The notes under the pieces were generated by a model. It worked only from the letters and a program-made list of their open reading frames with translations. It did no database searches and was not told the origin of the DNA. Made by a program: the position numbers and the translations under genes. Of a stretch of 64,000 nucleotides of DNA, positions 1 through 9,747 are shown piece by piece; the stretch's first letter is position 1; each line of letters opens with the position of its first letter. Source of the DNA: Hyaloraphidium curvatum SAG 235-1 (taxonomy: Eukaryota > Fungi > Monoblepharomycota); assembly GCA_025558095.1 (NCBI GenBank), contig JAIVFI010000044.1:186001-250000 (forward strand). The letters are read 5' to 3'.

Positions 1-2425
1 GCGTTCGGCAACAGCGAGTGCAGGGGGAGGATATGCAAGGGCTGGATCTGCTCGCGCGGGGTCGAAGACGGCGTCCGCAGAGCCTCTTGCAAAGTCGGGT
101 CGGCGGCGTCCTGGGACTCTTCGTCCTCCTCACCCTCCAGGACCGCGACCTCCTCCTCCGAGTCGTTGCCGTCCTCGCCGCCCGAATCGCTCGCCCCCCC
201 GTCGTCGGCGTCCGCGTCGGCCCTGCCGAGTTCGGCGTCCAGCTGCCCGTCGTCCTCCAAATCCGCATCGTCTTGCACGACGAATCCCTCCCCGCCCTTT
301 ACCCGGTCGCCAGCCTCCTGTTCCTCGAGCGCCTCCCTCTCGCGGTCCAGTATCCTCTTTTTCGGGTACTTTTCCCGCAGCAGCCGGACCAGTTCGTCGA
401 TCTCGGCGCGCCCGGTGAGAAAGACGAGCACCCCGCCCGGCGGCAGCCGCTCGTGGATCTTGCACAGCTTCCGAAAAGCCTCCTTGACGTACGCCCCCGG
501 CCCCGTCGGCGTCACGCGCTGGAAGTGCACGACGACCTTGTACTGTCGCCCTTCGACGTTGACCACTGGCGGCACGCTCTCAAAGAGCGTCCTGTTGCCG
601 GCAACGTCCTGCACCCGGAGCGTGGCGCTCATAATGACCAGCCGCAGCGGCTTCACCCCCGACCGCCTGGCCTGCTCCGAGTTGCGCAGCTTCACGATCC
701 GGGAAAGCCAGCCGATGAGGACGTCGGTCCCGATCGTCCGCTCGTGGGCCTCGTCGAGGATGATGCACGAGTACTGCTTCAACAGCAGGTCGCCGCCCCC
801 CTGCTCCTCGTTGGCGGCGCCGGAAAGCTCCCGGAGGAGGATGCCGTCCGTGACGAACTTGATCCTGGCGTCCCCAATGCCCTCGGACTTGTCGTAGCGC
901 ACCTGGTACCCCACGACCTTCTTTCCGACCTCGCCCATCTCTTCCGTGACGCGCCGTGCGACACCGATCGCGGCGACGCGCCGAGGTTCCGTTACGGTGA
1001 TCCCGCCGCTGAACAAGGGGTGGTCTGGGTTGCCGAAACCAAACTCGTAGAGAATCTGCGGGACCTGCGTGGTCTTGCCGGAGCCCGTCGAGCCGCAGAT
1101 GATGGTGACGGGGTTGTGCAGCACCGCGTCCAAGATGTTGGACTCGTACTGCATGATGGGCAGCTCCTGCCTCGCCAGGCTCATCGCCTCGGTCCGCGGC
1201 ACGTGCTGGATGTACTTGGAGGTCTGCAGGTTCGCGGGCGTGACCTGCTTCGGATCCGCGGTCAAGACCGGAGCGGCCGGGGTTTTGGGCGGCGGGCGCC
1301 AATCCAGGCTATCTGAATCCGAGTCCGAGCCGTCCGGCCTCTTGCCCTGGGCCTCCCTGGCGCGCCGCCGCGCTTCCTTCTGCCTCTTTCGCTGTTCCTG
1401 CCGCTTCCGCGCCTTTTCCTCCAAGAAGGCCTCCTCCTCCCTCTGCCTCTGCTCCGCCACGGCAGCATCAAAGGCGTCGACTTCGGCGGCGGGAGGCGGC
1501 CGCGGTTCAGCGGAAGCGGCCAACGGTGCGCCTTTCGGCTTGAGCGCCGAACCGAAACCGGGCCCCGATGGTGCCATCGTGCCGTCCTTCGGCTTCAATG
1601 AGCTTCCAAAAGCAGGGTTCGCGGACTTGAGGGCGCTTCCAAACTGTGCCGGGGGAAGAGCACCGCGGGACTCCTCGTCCCCGCCATCCGAGTCCGCCCT
1701 GAGGTCCCGTTCGAGGTCCGAGTCCTCGTCGAAATCAGAGTCCATCTCCACCTCGTTGGTGCCGCTGCCGTTCGGCGCCTCCCGCACGCCGTTCTGCGCC
1801 TCCGCGGCCGGGTCGATGCGGTCTCGCAGGGCGTTGGGCCTGCCGAGGAGCTTCGACGACAGGAGGAGGGGCTGGACCGACTTTGACTTCTCGGAGATTT
1901 CGGAAAGCTTGGCCATGATCTGGTTGTGCTCCTTCTTGGCCTCTTGCCGTTTCTGTCCACGGACAAAGTCCGTCAAGCTTCGAAAGACGCTCGTCGGCGA
2001 CGGCGGTAACCCACCACAAACTTTTCGAAGCGCTTCCTCTTCTTCGAAGACATCTTGCCCATACCCGCGGGCCGAGGCGGCTCTGCCTCGGGCCCTTTGG
2101 GGCCCTTTTGCCCCGGGACGAGGACCAAAGGAGCGCTGCCCGAGCTTCCCCGGTATTCGTCCTCCTCTACGAGTCCCTCGAGCTCCAATGGAACTTCGTG
2201 CCGCTCTCCATCGTCGGAATCGCTGTCGGAAGGGGCCGACCGGCCCTTCTTGGAGCTCTGCAAGCCATCTTGGCCGCCCAAGGTTCCCCCGTCCCCGGCC
2301 CGCTTCCGCTTCCGGACCAGCGCCTCGAGGCCCCCATCGCGGGCCTTGGGGTGCGCCTTTGCGTTCTTTACGAGGTGGCTCGACGCGCGCGCCTTGGCGT
2401 TGAAGCGCGGTTGCCGTCGGCCCAT
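1..2425 (-). CDS. DHR1: DEAH-box RNA helicase DHR1/DHX37 (5' part; continues beyond the left edge of the window)
   Basis: Starts MGRRQPRFNAKAR, with one GT..AG intron at ~1956-2014. Helicase motifs: RQELPIMQYE, GSTGSGKTTQVPQ, TEPRRVAA, GYQVRYD, TDGILLRE, IILDEAHER, IMSATL, VLVFLTG, and LHILPLHSLLP at the window edge. The frame is open. Confidence 0.93.
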
Positions 2426-2534
2426 CTGGAGAGGCTCGAAAAGTTGGTTGTTTGTTCGGACCACTGCTCGCTGCCCCTGCCGTTGATAGTGTCGTCCGAG
2501 TTGGGAGGCGTTCAGCTCGGCATATGCGGATGCT

Positions 2535-2562
2535 AGCTTCTCGGCATGTAATCAACGGTATC
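2535..2562. promoter_or_regulatory. 28-bp block (AGCTTCTCGGCATGTAATCAACGGTATC) identical in both copies of the duplicated bidirectional promoter
   Basis: Exact match to 6875-6902, while the surrounding intergenic sequence is diverged. Confidence 0.4.
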
Positions 2563-2735
2563 AATTTTCGGCGAACGGTGGGATGCGAGCCTTTTGCTCA
2601 GGTCGCGAGTGGAGGGCGGGGTGTGCGAAGCGCACCGTCACGCACCTAGCTGCGCGCATCGTCACCCCATAGTAGACCGCTTTGCTGGACTGGGCGCACC
2701 GCCACCCAGCGCGCACATACCTTCATAGTCTCGTC

Positions 2736-3317
2736 ATGGCCGCAACTTTCGAGTTTTCGTGGTCAACGGACGTTCGGCACTTGCCTCAAGGCACTGCGTT
2801 GCAGTCACGGAGCCGTCTTGCTCTGGACTTTGACGTCCGGGCCTTGAATGCGTCGGTTCTCCCGATCCTGGGCGGCGAGATGACAGCGGGGACCGTGTAC
2901 GGCATGCCGCTGGAGCCAACCGAACTTACAACGCCGGGCACAACGTACCTCCTGCGTCAAAGTGCTTTGCCTCAAGGTCCTGAAGCGTACCTCAGGCTGC
3001 TGGCACTTCGGAATCTATTGGAGGACCCTCTCTCCGTCAGCGACCTTCAGCACTGTCTCAAGTTGCTGGTCGGTTTCTCTATGGAGGATTACGGAGCCCG
3101 TGCGCACGAGAGCCAGCAAGCCAAGACGGGCCTTGCCATCTGGGTGGTGGCTGCGGCTCTGTCCCCACTCCTGGTGCTGGCAGCCACGATCATCGCGGTT
3201 CCCGAGGGCGTGATCGGAGCCAAAAGCGTTGCGAGCTTCTTCCTGTTTGCAGTTGGTGGAGCTGGAGTGGCAGCCCTAGGTTTGAGGCAGGTTTGGGGCT
3301 ACCTGCGCCTTTGGTGA
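2736..3317 (+). CDS. Orphan membrane protein (possible beta-grasp-like N-terminus plus 2 C-terminal TM helices), copy A
   Basis: Intronless ORF from ATG 2736 with two hydrophobic C-terminal stretches. Aligns with paralog 7005-7652 through PQGT, RALNAS, PGxTYLL, RLLAL, SFFL and LRQVW. Confidence 0.7.
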   Translation: MAATFEFSWSTDVRHLPQGTALQSRSRLALDFDVRALNASVLPILGGEMTAGTVYGMPLEPTELTTPGTTYLLRQSALPQGPEAYLRLLALRNLLEDPLSVSDLQHCLKLLVGFSMEDYGARAHESQQAKTGLAIWVVAAALSPLLVLAATIIAVPEGVIGAKSVASFFLFAVGGAGVAALGLRQVWGYLRLW

Positions 3318-3428
3318 GATACCTTGGATTCGGTGGATAGAACGGAAATAGATTGGATCCTTTTCGTGCAAAAGCTCGAAACCGAGATTTGGGAAGTGAA
3401 CAACAGCCTCGGCCGCTTTGGGGAGACG

Positions 3429-4229
3429 ATGGCCGACGAACCCCCCGAGCCCTCCGCGCTGGTCCACGTGAGCGGCCTGACTCCAGATTTTGTGCCAGTG
3501 CGGCTGCGCGGCGTGGGCGACGAGGCGGCGCTGCGTGCGGCCGTCGGGCGCGACGCGCGGCTGCCTGCGGCGTATGTCGCGTCTCTGGAGCTGCGACGCG
3601 CGGGCCCGCTGCGGCCGGCCGTGCCGGGCTCCGACGCGGTGTGGGAGACCGCCGAGCCTCTGCCGCCGTGGGGCCGGGCGTTCGCCTGGGCGCTGGCCGG
3701 CACGCACCTCGTGGGCCGCGTGGGCGGCCGCCGCTTCGGACCGCCGCCTTCGCCGCCGCCCATCGCGCCGCAGCGGCCCGACGCCAACAGCCCCATCGTG
3801 TGGGTGATGCTGCGCGAGGGTGTGCGGTGGTGCGCCTTCCGCGTGCCCGTGCGCGGGTGCGTGTGCGGCATGGACATCAAGGCCGCCTTCAGGGAGCAGT
3901 ACGGCCTCGACGCCCGGACGTTCGGCACCCTGGAGCTGCGGTGCGTGGGCTACGAGGCGCCGCCGCTGGACGACCGGGCCCGCGAGGCCGCGTGGCAGGC
4001 CGGCGCACCCGTCGAGGACGACACTCCGTTCCCCGACCGGGCCCGCGGCCTGGACTGGGATTCGCGGCTCATCGCGCGCACGTATCGGCATCCCGTGGGA
4101 CCGGAACACGCAACAGCTGTCCACGGCGGGCTCGCGGAGGTCGCGGCGTCCGCCGCCGCGGCAATCCGATCGTGGGTCGCCCCGCTGTTCGGCACCGCGG
4201 AAGCCGGCATCGATTCGGGTGGTCAATAA
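3429..4229 (+). CDS. Orphan protein with two internal ~90-aa units (possible ubiquitin-like/Crinkler-header-like folds), copy A
   Basis: Intronless ORF MADEPPEPSALVHV.... The two halves share V.V...LELR..G...AW..A.P and are separated by a polyproline linker. The frame is conserved in paralog 7776-8570. Confidence 0.7.
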   Translation: MADEPPEPSALVHVSGLTPDFVPVRLRGVGDEAALRAAVGRDARLPAAYVASLELRRAGPLRPAVPGSDAVWETAEPLPPWGRAFAWALAGTHLVGRVGGRRFGPPPSPPPIAPQRPDANSPIVWVMLREGVRWCAFRVPVRGCVCGMDIKAAFREQYGLDARTFGTLELRCVGYEAPPLDDRAREAAWQAGAPVEDDTPFPDRARGLDWDSRLIARTYRHPVGPEHATAVHGGLAEVAASAAAAIRSWVAPLFGTAEAGIDSGGQ

Positions 4230-4232
4230 CCA

Positions 4233-4512
4233 CACCGGCGTTGCGACGCTCGGCTCTGTGCGTCTCGCGGGGATCTTGTACGGTCTTGTCCCCTCCACAG
4301 TTTCGGATGCACTCTCCGACCCGGCTCCATCCTTTGGCTCGGTTTATACCCTGCGTCATGTATCTCTGGCTCACCGGCGTTGCGACGCTCGGCTCTGTGC
4401 GTCTCGCGGGGATCTTGTACGGTCTTGTCCCCTCCACAGTTTCGGATGCACTCTCCGACCCGGCTCCATCCCTTGGCTCGGTTTATACCCTGCGTCATGT
4501 ATCTCTGGCTCA
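4233..4512. repeat. 139-bp tandem direct repeat, 2 copies
   Basis: CACCGGCGTTGCGACG...TATCTCTGGCT starts at 4233 and again at 4372, with one visible substitution (CCTTTGG vs CCCTTGG). Confidence 0.95.
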
Positions 4513-4559
4513 TCAAATACCACAGTGTGGTGCTTGAATTTGGGGCCGGCCGCGGAAAG

Positions 4560-6752
4560 TCCGTCCCGCGACTCTTCATCCTCCTCACCGTCCAGGACCA
4601 CGACCTCCACCTCCGAGTCGTTGCCGTTCTCGCCGCCCGAATCGCGCGCCTCCCCGTCGTCGGCGTCCGCGTCGGCCCTGCCGAGCTCGGCCTCCAGCCG
4701 GCCGTCGTCCTCCAAATCGGCATCGTCCTGCACGACGAATCCCTCCCCGCCCTTTACCCGGTCGCCGGCCTCCTGTTCCTCGAGCGCCTCCCTCTCCCGG
4801 TCCAGCATCCTCTTTTTGGGGTACTTTTCCCGCAGCAGCCGGACCAGCTCGTCGATCTCGGCGCGCCCGGTAAGAAAGACGAGCACCCCGCCCGCCGGCA
4901 ACCGCTCGCGGATCTTGCACAGCTTCCGAAAGGCCTCCTTGACGTATGAAGTGCACGACGACCTTGTACTGCCGCCCTTCGACGTTGACCACCGGCGGCA
5001 CGTTCTCAAAGAGTGTCCGGTTGCCGGCAAAGTCCTGGACCCGAAGCGTGGCGCTCATGATGACCAGCCGCAGCGGCTTCACCCCCGACCGCCTGGCCTG
5101 CTCCGAGTTGCGCAGCTTCACGATCCGGGAAAGCCAACCGATGAGGACGTCGGTCCTAACCGTCCGCTCGTGGGCCTCGTCGCTGCTTCAGCAGCAGGTC
5201 GCCGCCCCCCTGCTCCTCGTTGGCGGCGCCAGAAAGCTCCCGGAGGAGGATACCGTCCGCGACGAACTTGATCCTGGCGTCCCGGATGCCCTCGGACTTG
5301 TCGTAGCGCACCTGGTACCCGACCACCTTCTTCCCGACCTCGCCCATCTCCTCCGCAACACGCCGTGCGACACCGATCGCGGCGACGCGGGAGGTTCCGT
5401 TACGATGATCCCGCCGCTGAACAAGGGGTGGTCTGGTTGGCGAAACCAAACTCGTAGAGGATCTGCGGGACCTGCGTGGTCTTGCCGGAGCCCGTCGAGC
5501 CGCAGATGATGGTGACGGGGTTGTGCAGCACGGCGTCGAGGATGTTGGACTCGTACTGCATGATGGGCAGCTCCTGCCTCGCTAGGCTCATCGCCTCGGT
5601 CCGCGGAACATGCTGGATGTACTTGGAGGTCTGCAGGTTCGCGGGCGTGACCTGCTTCGGATCCGCGGGCAAAGCCGGAGCGGCCGGCGGTTTGGGCGGC
5701 GGCCGCCAGTCGAGGCTGTCCGAATCCGAGTCCGAGTCGTCCGGCCGCTTGCCCTGGGCCTCCCTGGCGCGCCGCCGCGCTTCCCTCTGTCTCTTTCGCT
5801 GTTCATGCCGCTTCCGCGCCTTTTCCTCCAAGAAGGCCTCCTCCTCCCTCTGCCTATGCTCCGCCACGGCAGTATCAAAGGCGTCCTCCTTGGCGGCGGG
5901 AGGCGGCGCAGGTGCAGCGGCAGCGGCCAACGGTGCGCCTTTCGGCTTGAGCGCCGAACCGAAACCGGGCCCTGACGATGCCATCGTGCCGTCCTTCGGC
6001 TTCAATGCGCTTCCAAAAGCAGGTTTCGCGGACTTGAGGGCGCTTCCAAACTGTGCCGGGGGCGCCGCAGCGACGGCCTCCTCGTCCCCGCCATCCGAGT
6101 CCGCCCCGAGCGCCCGTTCGAGGTCCGAGTCCTCGTCGAAATCAGAGTCCATCTCCACATCGTTGGTGCCGCTGCCGTTCGGCGCCTCCCGCACGCCGTT
6201 CCGCGCCTCCGCGGCCGGGTCGATGCGGTCCCGCAGGGCGTCGGGCCTGCCGAGGAGCTTCGCCTCTTGCCGTTTCTGTTGACCCGCAACGTCCGTCAAG
6301 CTTCGAACGGCGCTCGTCAGCGACGGCGGGGACTCACCACAAACTTTTCGAAGCGCTTCCTCTTCTTCGAAGACATCTTGCCCATACCCGCGGGCCGAGG
6401 CGGCTCTGCCTCGGGCCCTTTGGGCCCCTTTTGGCCCGGAACGAGGATCAACGGAGCGCTGCCCGAGCTCCCCCGGTATTCGTCCTCCTCTGCGAGTCCC
6501 TCGAGCTCCAAAGGAACTTCGTGCCCCTCTCCATCGTCGGAATCGCTGTCGGAAGGGGCCGACCGGCCCTTCTTGGAGCTCTGCAGGCCATCTTGACCGC
6601 CCGAGGTCCCCCCGCCCCCGGCCCGCTTCCGCTTCCGGACCAGCGCTTCGAGGCCCCCATCGCGGGCCTTGGGGTGGGTGCGCCTTTGCGCTCTTTACAA
6701 GGTGGCTCGACGCGCGCGCCTTGGCGTTGAAGCCCGGTTGCCGTCGGCCCAT
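4560..6752 (-). pseudogene. DHR1: Truncated, frameshifted DHR1 duplicate
   Basis: Differences from copy 1: +4 nt at ~6675, deletion of the KKEHNQ...LLSS segment at ~6262, 1-nt losses at ~5390 and ~5438, 17-nt deletion just before DEAH at ~5182, 29-nt net deletion at ~4947. Truncated at ~4560. Confidence 0.9.
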
Positions 6753-7004
6753 GTGCGCGGAGGGTAAAATGTCGGTTGTTTGTCCGAATCGCGGTCGCGG
6801 TCGCGGCCCGTCACCCAGCGATCGCCTCTATGTGCCGTCCGAATTGAGTTGGCAGGCAGCATACCCGGATTATGAGCTTCTCGGCATGTAATCAACGGTA
6901 TCGTCGTGGCAAACGTGGGATGCGAACTTTGTTCACGAGGCGCATCATCACCCCCCGGCGCACCGTCATCGCTTAGAAGACCGTTTCGCAGCGAGTCCAC
7001 CGCC

Positions 7005-7652
7005 ATGGCTTCCGTGACGATAAGGCTCAAGGGGTCAGACGACGTGTGCTACGTGCCTCAAGGCACAGTGAGGCACGTGAGGCGGCGGATGGCGCTCGAC
7101 AACGACATCGGACTCGGACTCCGGGCCCTCAACGCTTCCTTTGCCCCGATCCTTGCGGTGACTCCTGAGGGGATCCAGCATGGCCCGTCCCTTGCAGAGA
7201 GCGAAGTCATGGCACCGGGTAACACATACTTGCTTTGGGAAGATGAGGAAGCTCCAGCACGAGACGTGCTCCTGCAAAGGCTTCTTGCGTTGCAAGATCT
7301 CCTGGAGGAAGAACCAATCTCAAACCCTGAACTCCGCAAATGTCTGAGATGGCACGTGGCACTTTCGATTCGCGTCTACGAGCTTCAAATGGACCTCAAG
7401 AAGCAGGAGTCCGACGGCGGCTTCTGGAGCCTGCTTGCTGTGGTCTGCGCTCTTCTGCTGGCAGTAGCAGCGGTCATTACGCCACCTGACATTATGAGTG
7501 GATCCAGAGGCACGATAAGCTTCTTCCTGACCGTGCTTGGTGCGGTTGGAGCTGTGGTCCTGGCATTGCGCCAGGTTTGGCTGCACTGGGCTGGCTGGAA
7601 GCAGCATTGGACGTCATTGGCGGCTGCATTGCGACGCCTGTGGGGTTACTGA
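7005..7652 (+). CDS. Orphan membrane protein, copy B (paralog of 2736-3317)
   Basis: Intronless ORF MASVTIRLKGSDDV... with two TM segments and motifs shared with copy A. Confidence 0.7.
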   Translation: MASVTIRLKGSDDVCYVPQGTVRHVRRRMALDNDIGLGLRALNASFAPILAVTPEGIQHGPSLAESEVMAPGNTYLLWEDEEAPARDVLLQRLLALQDLLEEEPISNPELRKCLRWHVALSIRVYELQMDLKKQESDGGFWSLLAVVCALLLAVAAVITPPDIMSGSRGTISFFLTVLGAVGAVVLALRQVWLHWAGWKQHWTSLAAALRRLWGY

Positions 7653-7775
7653 CCTTGGCGAGACATCTTAGAAATTGCGCTTTCTTTGGGAAATAGATCT
7701 TCTTGTCTTCTGAGTTCTGGGCCTGATTGGTTTGCGCTGGCGTTGCTACGCAGCTCGACGTAAACAGGGAAGGCC

Positions 7776-8570
7776 ATGGCCGACGAGGCCCCCGAGCCCT
7801 CCGCGCTGGTCCACGTGCACGGCCAAACACCGGATTTTGTGCCCGTGCGGCTCCGCGGCGTTGACGACGAGGCGACGCTCCGTACGGCCGCCGGGCGCGC
7901 CGCGCGGCTGTACGCGGACGAGACGGAGTCCCTGGAGCTGCGATGCGCGGGGCCGCTGCGGCCGGTCGTGCCAGGCTCCGACGCGGTGTGGGAAACCGCC
8001 GAGCCGCTGCCACTGTGGGGCCTCTCCGAAGCGCTGGCCGGGACGCACATCGTGGGCCGCGTGGGCGGCCGCCGCCGCGGCCCTCCGCCGCCGCCGCCGC
8101 CCATCGCCCCGCAGCGGCCCGACGCCAGCGGCCCCATCGTGTGGGTGATGCTGCGCGAGGGCGTGTGGTGGTGCGCCTACCGTGTCCCTGTGCGCGGGTG
8201 CGTGTGCGGCAGGGACATCAAGGCCGCGTTCAGGGAGCAGTGTGGGCTCGACGCCCGGACGTTCGGCACCCTGGAGCTGCGGTGCGTGGGCTACGAGGCG
8301 CCGCCGCTGGACGACCGGGCCCGCGAGGCCGCGTGGCAGGCCGGCGCACCCGTCGAGGACGACACTCCGTTCCCCGACCGGGGCCGCGGCCTGGACTGGG
8401 ATTCGCGGCTCATCGCGCGCACGTATCGGCATCCCGTGGGACCGGAAGACGCAACAGCTGTCCACGGCGGGCTCGCGGAGGTCGCGGCGTCCGCCGCCGC
8501 GGCAATCCGATCGTGGGTCGCCCCGCTGTTCGGCACTGCGGAAGCCGGCATTGATTCGGGCGGTCAATGA
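7776..8570 (+). CDS. Two-unit orphan protein, copy B (paralog of 3429-4229)
   Basis: Intact 264-aa ORF; the C-terminal ~100 aa are nearly identical to copy A. Confidence 0.7.
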   Translation: MADEAPEPSALVHVHGQTPDFVPVRLRGVDDEATLRTAAGRAARLYADETESLELRCAGPLRPVVPGSDAVWETAEPLPLWGLSEALAGTHIVGRVGGRRRGPPPPPPPIAPQRPDASGPIVWVMLREGVWWCAYRVPVRGCVCGRDIKAAFREQCGLDARTFGTLELRCVGYEAPPLDDRAREAAWQAGAPVEDDTPFPDRGRGLDWDSRLIARTYRHPVGPEDATAVHGGLAEVAASAAAAIRSWVAPLFGTAEAGIDSGGQ

Positions 8571-8739
8571 CGACGCCGGCTTCCGATGCTCGACGCTGTG
8601 TGTCTCGCACGGGTCTTGTGCGCTTTTGCGCCCTCGGCACAGTCTCGTTACTCATTCGGACTCGGAAGGTCGCATACATCCTGTATCTCTGGTTCGTTGA
8701 ATACCATAGTGTGGTGCATGAGAATTGCGACCCGGTAGT

Positions 8740-9660
8740 TTAGGAGTCGGAAAGAGTCCGGACGTATCATCGAATGCATGGGCGCGGTGAAGTCTACTGT
8801 CACGATGTCTCCCATGTCCTTTACGGCCAGTGGCGATCACGCCGGCCCGTATCACTATATGCTTCGGCGGCTTCGCCATTAGGGAGACCAGATCCAAGAT
8901 TCTGACGTCGTTGTTGAACGGGTCGCTGACATCCAGATAGTCGAGCGCGAAACGCGGATTGCCTGCCCTGGAAGAGATGGAATGTGGCGGGCGAGATCAC
9001 GAGCGAAGCAGAATCGGCGCTGCCGCAGTCCAAAAGTCGCGATCGGAATAACGTAGAGTGAGACGAGAAGTCGATCGGATCGTCTTGGCGGTAATCGGAG
9101 CACTTCATTCGAGACGCCCCCGGCGCCCAGCGCAGGACCAAGGCGAGGATGGTTTCGAGCCCCTTGCAGTCGTACTCGACCGGAGACCCCGCGACGCTCA
9201 GGATCCACGGCCGACGGGGCAGCTCGGGGCTGGTCCTCCCCAGGAGCCGCAGAGGGTCCATCGTGTGCTTCCCCGTGACGTGCAGGTCGAGGCGCACACC
9301 GGCGATCGGAGCATGGTCTCGGCCAGCCGTTCGGTCTCGGTCGGCAGAGACGCCGGAAGATGGAGAGGTGCTCGAGCGAAGCCAGGGACTTGAAGGCCGC
9401 GCGGAGGACCTGCTATTCGGGCAGAAGTGCTTTCGGGTGGAAGTGGGTGAGCCGACCCGTCACGCAAACGCGTCCGTGATCGATCGCTTCCTCAAACCCG
9501 GATAGCTCGCGCGCCGTGGACCAACATGACGAGCCGACGAACGTAGCACGTTGAACATACGTGTTCTTTTGTTGATGGTACAAAACTGCAACCGCCTCGA
9601 CGGGTCTCTCCGCCGCCGAGTCCCACCGCCTCCACACCACTTCTCCATCTGCTTCCGCAC
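8740..9660 (-). pseudogene. Possible degenerate gene (weakly LRR/F-box-like)
   Basis: Protein-like segments (LRAAFKSLASLEHLSI; FALDYLDVSDPFNNDVRILDLV) are broken by an in-frame TAG at ~9413 and by frame changes without convincing introns. Confidence 0.3.
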
Positions 9661-9747
9661 GACCTAATCGACAACGTCAGAAGTGTAAAACGGTGCCAGA
9701 ACAGAGAGAACGCACGGGAACTGGCCCGCTCGATCGTCGGGTTTGAT

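Larger units (their letters stand above)
110..8725. repeat. Tandem segmental duplication, unit ~4.3 kb (~110-4545 and ~4560-8725)
   Basis: Both copies have the same order: DHR1 5' part (-), promoter, TM orphan (+), two-unit orphan (+), 3' flank. The junction at ~4545-4565 joins the flank (ATACCACAGTGTGGTGC, cf. ATACCATAGTGTGGTGC at 8701) to the interior of DHR1. Confidence 0.92.

Noticed and set aside
18-2403. Long plus-strand ORFs (432 aa, 444 aa)
   Set aside because: They are antisense shadows of DHR1 caused by high GC3. The same applies to most long ORFs opposite POT1, GH125, COG5, CPA2, CDC14 and KGD1.
4233-4512. Possible CRISPR array or LTR pair
   Set aside because: Only two adjacent 139-bp units with no spacers, no TG..CA LTR structure and no internal sequence; the context is eukaryotic.
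110-8725. Duplication as a transposon (Helitron, Starship or TIR capture)
   Set aside because: No transposase, recombinase or Rep-helicase, no terminal repeats and no target-site duplication seen; the helicase is the cellular DHR1.
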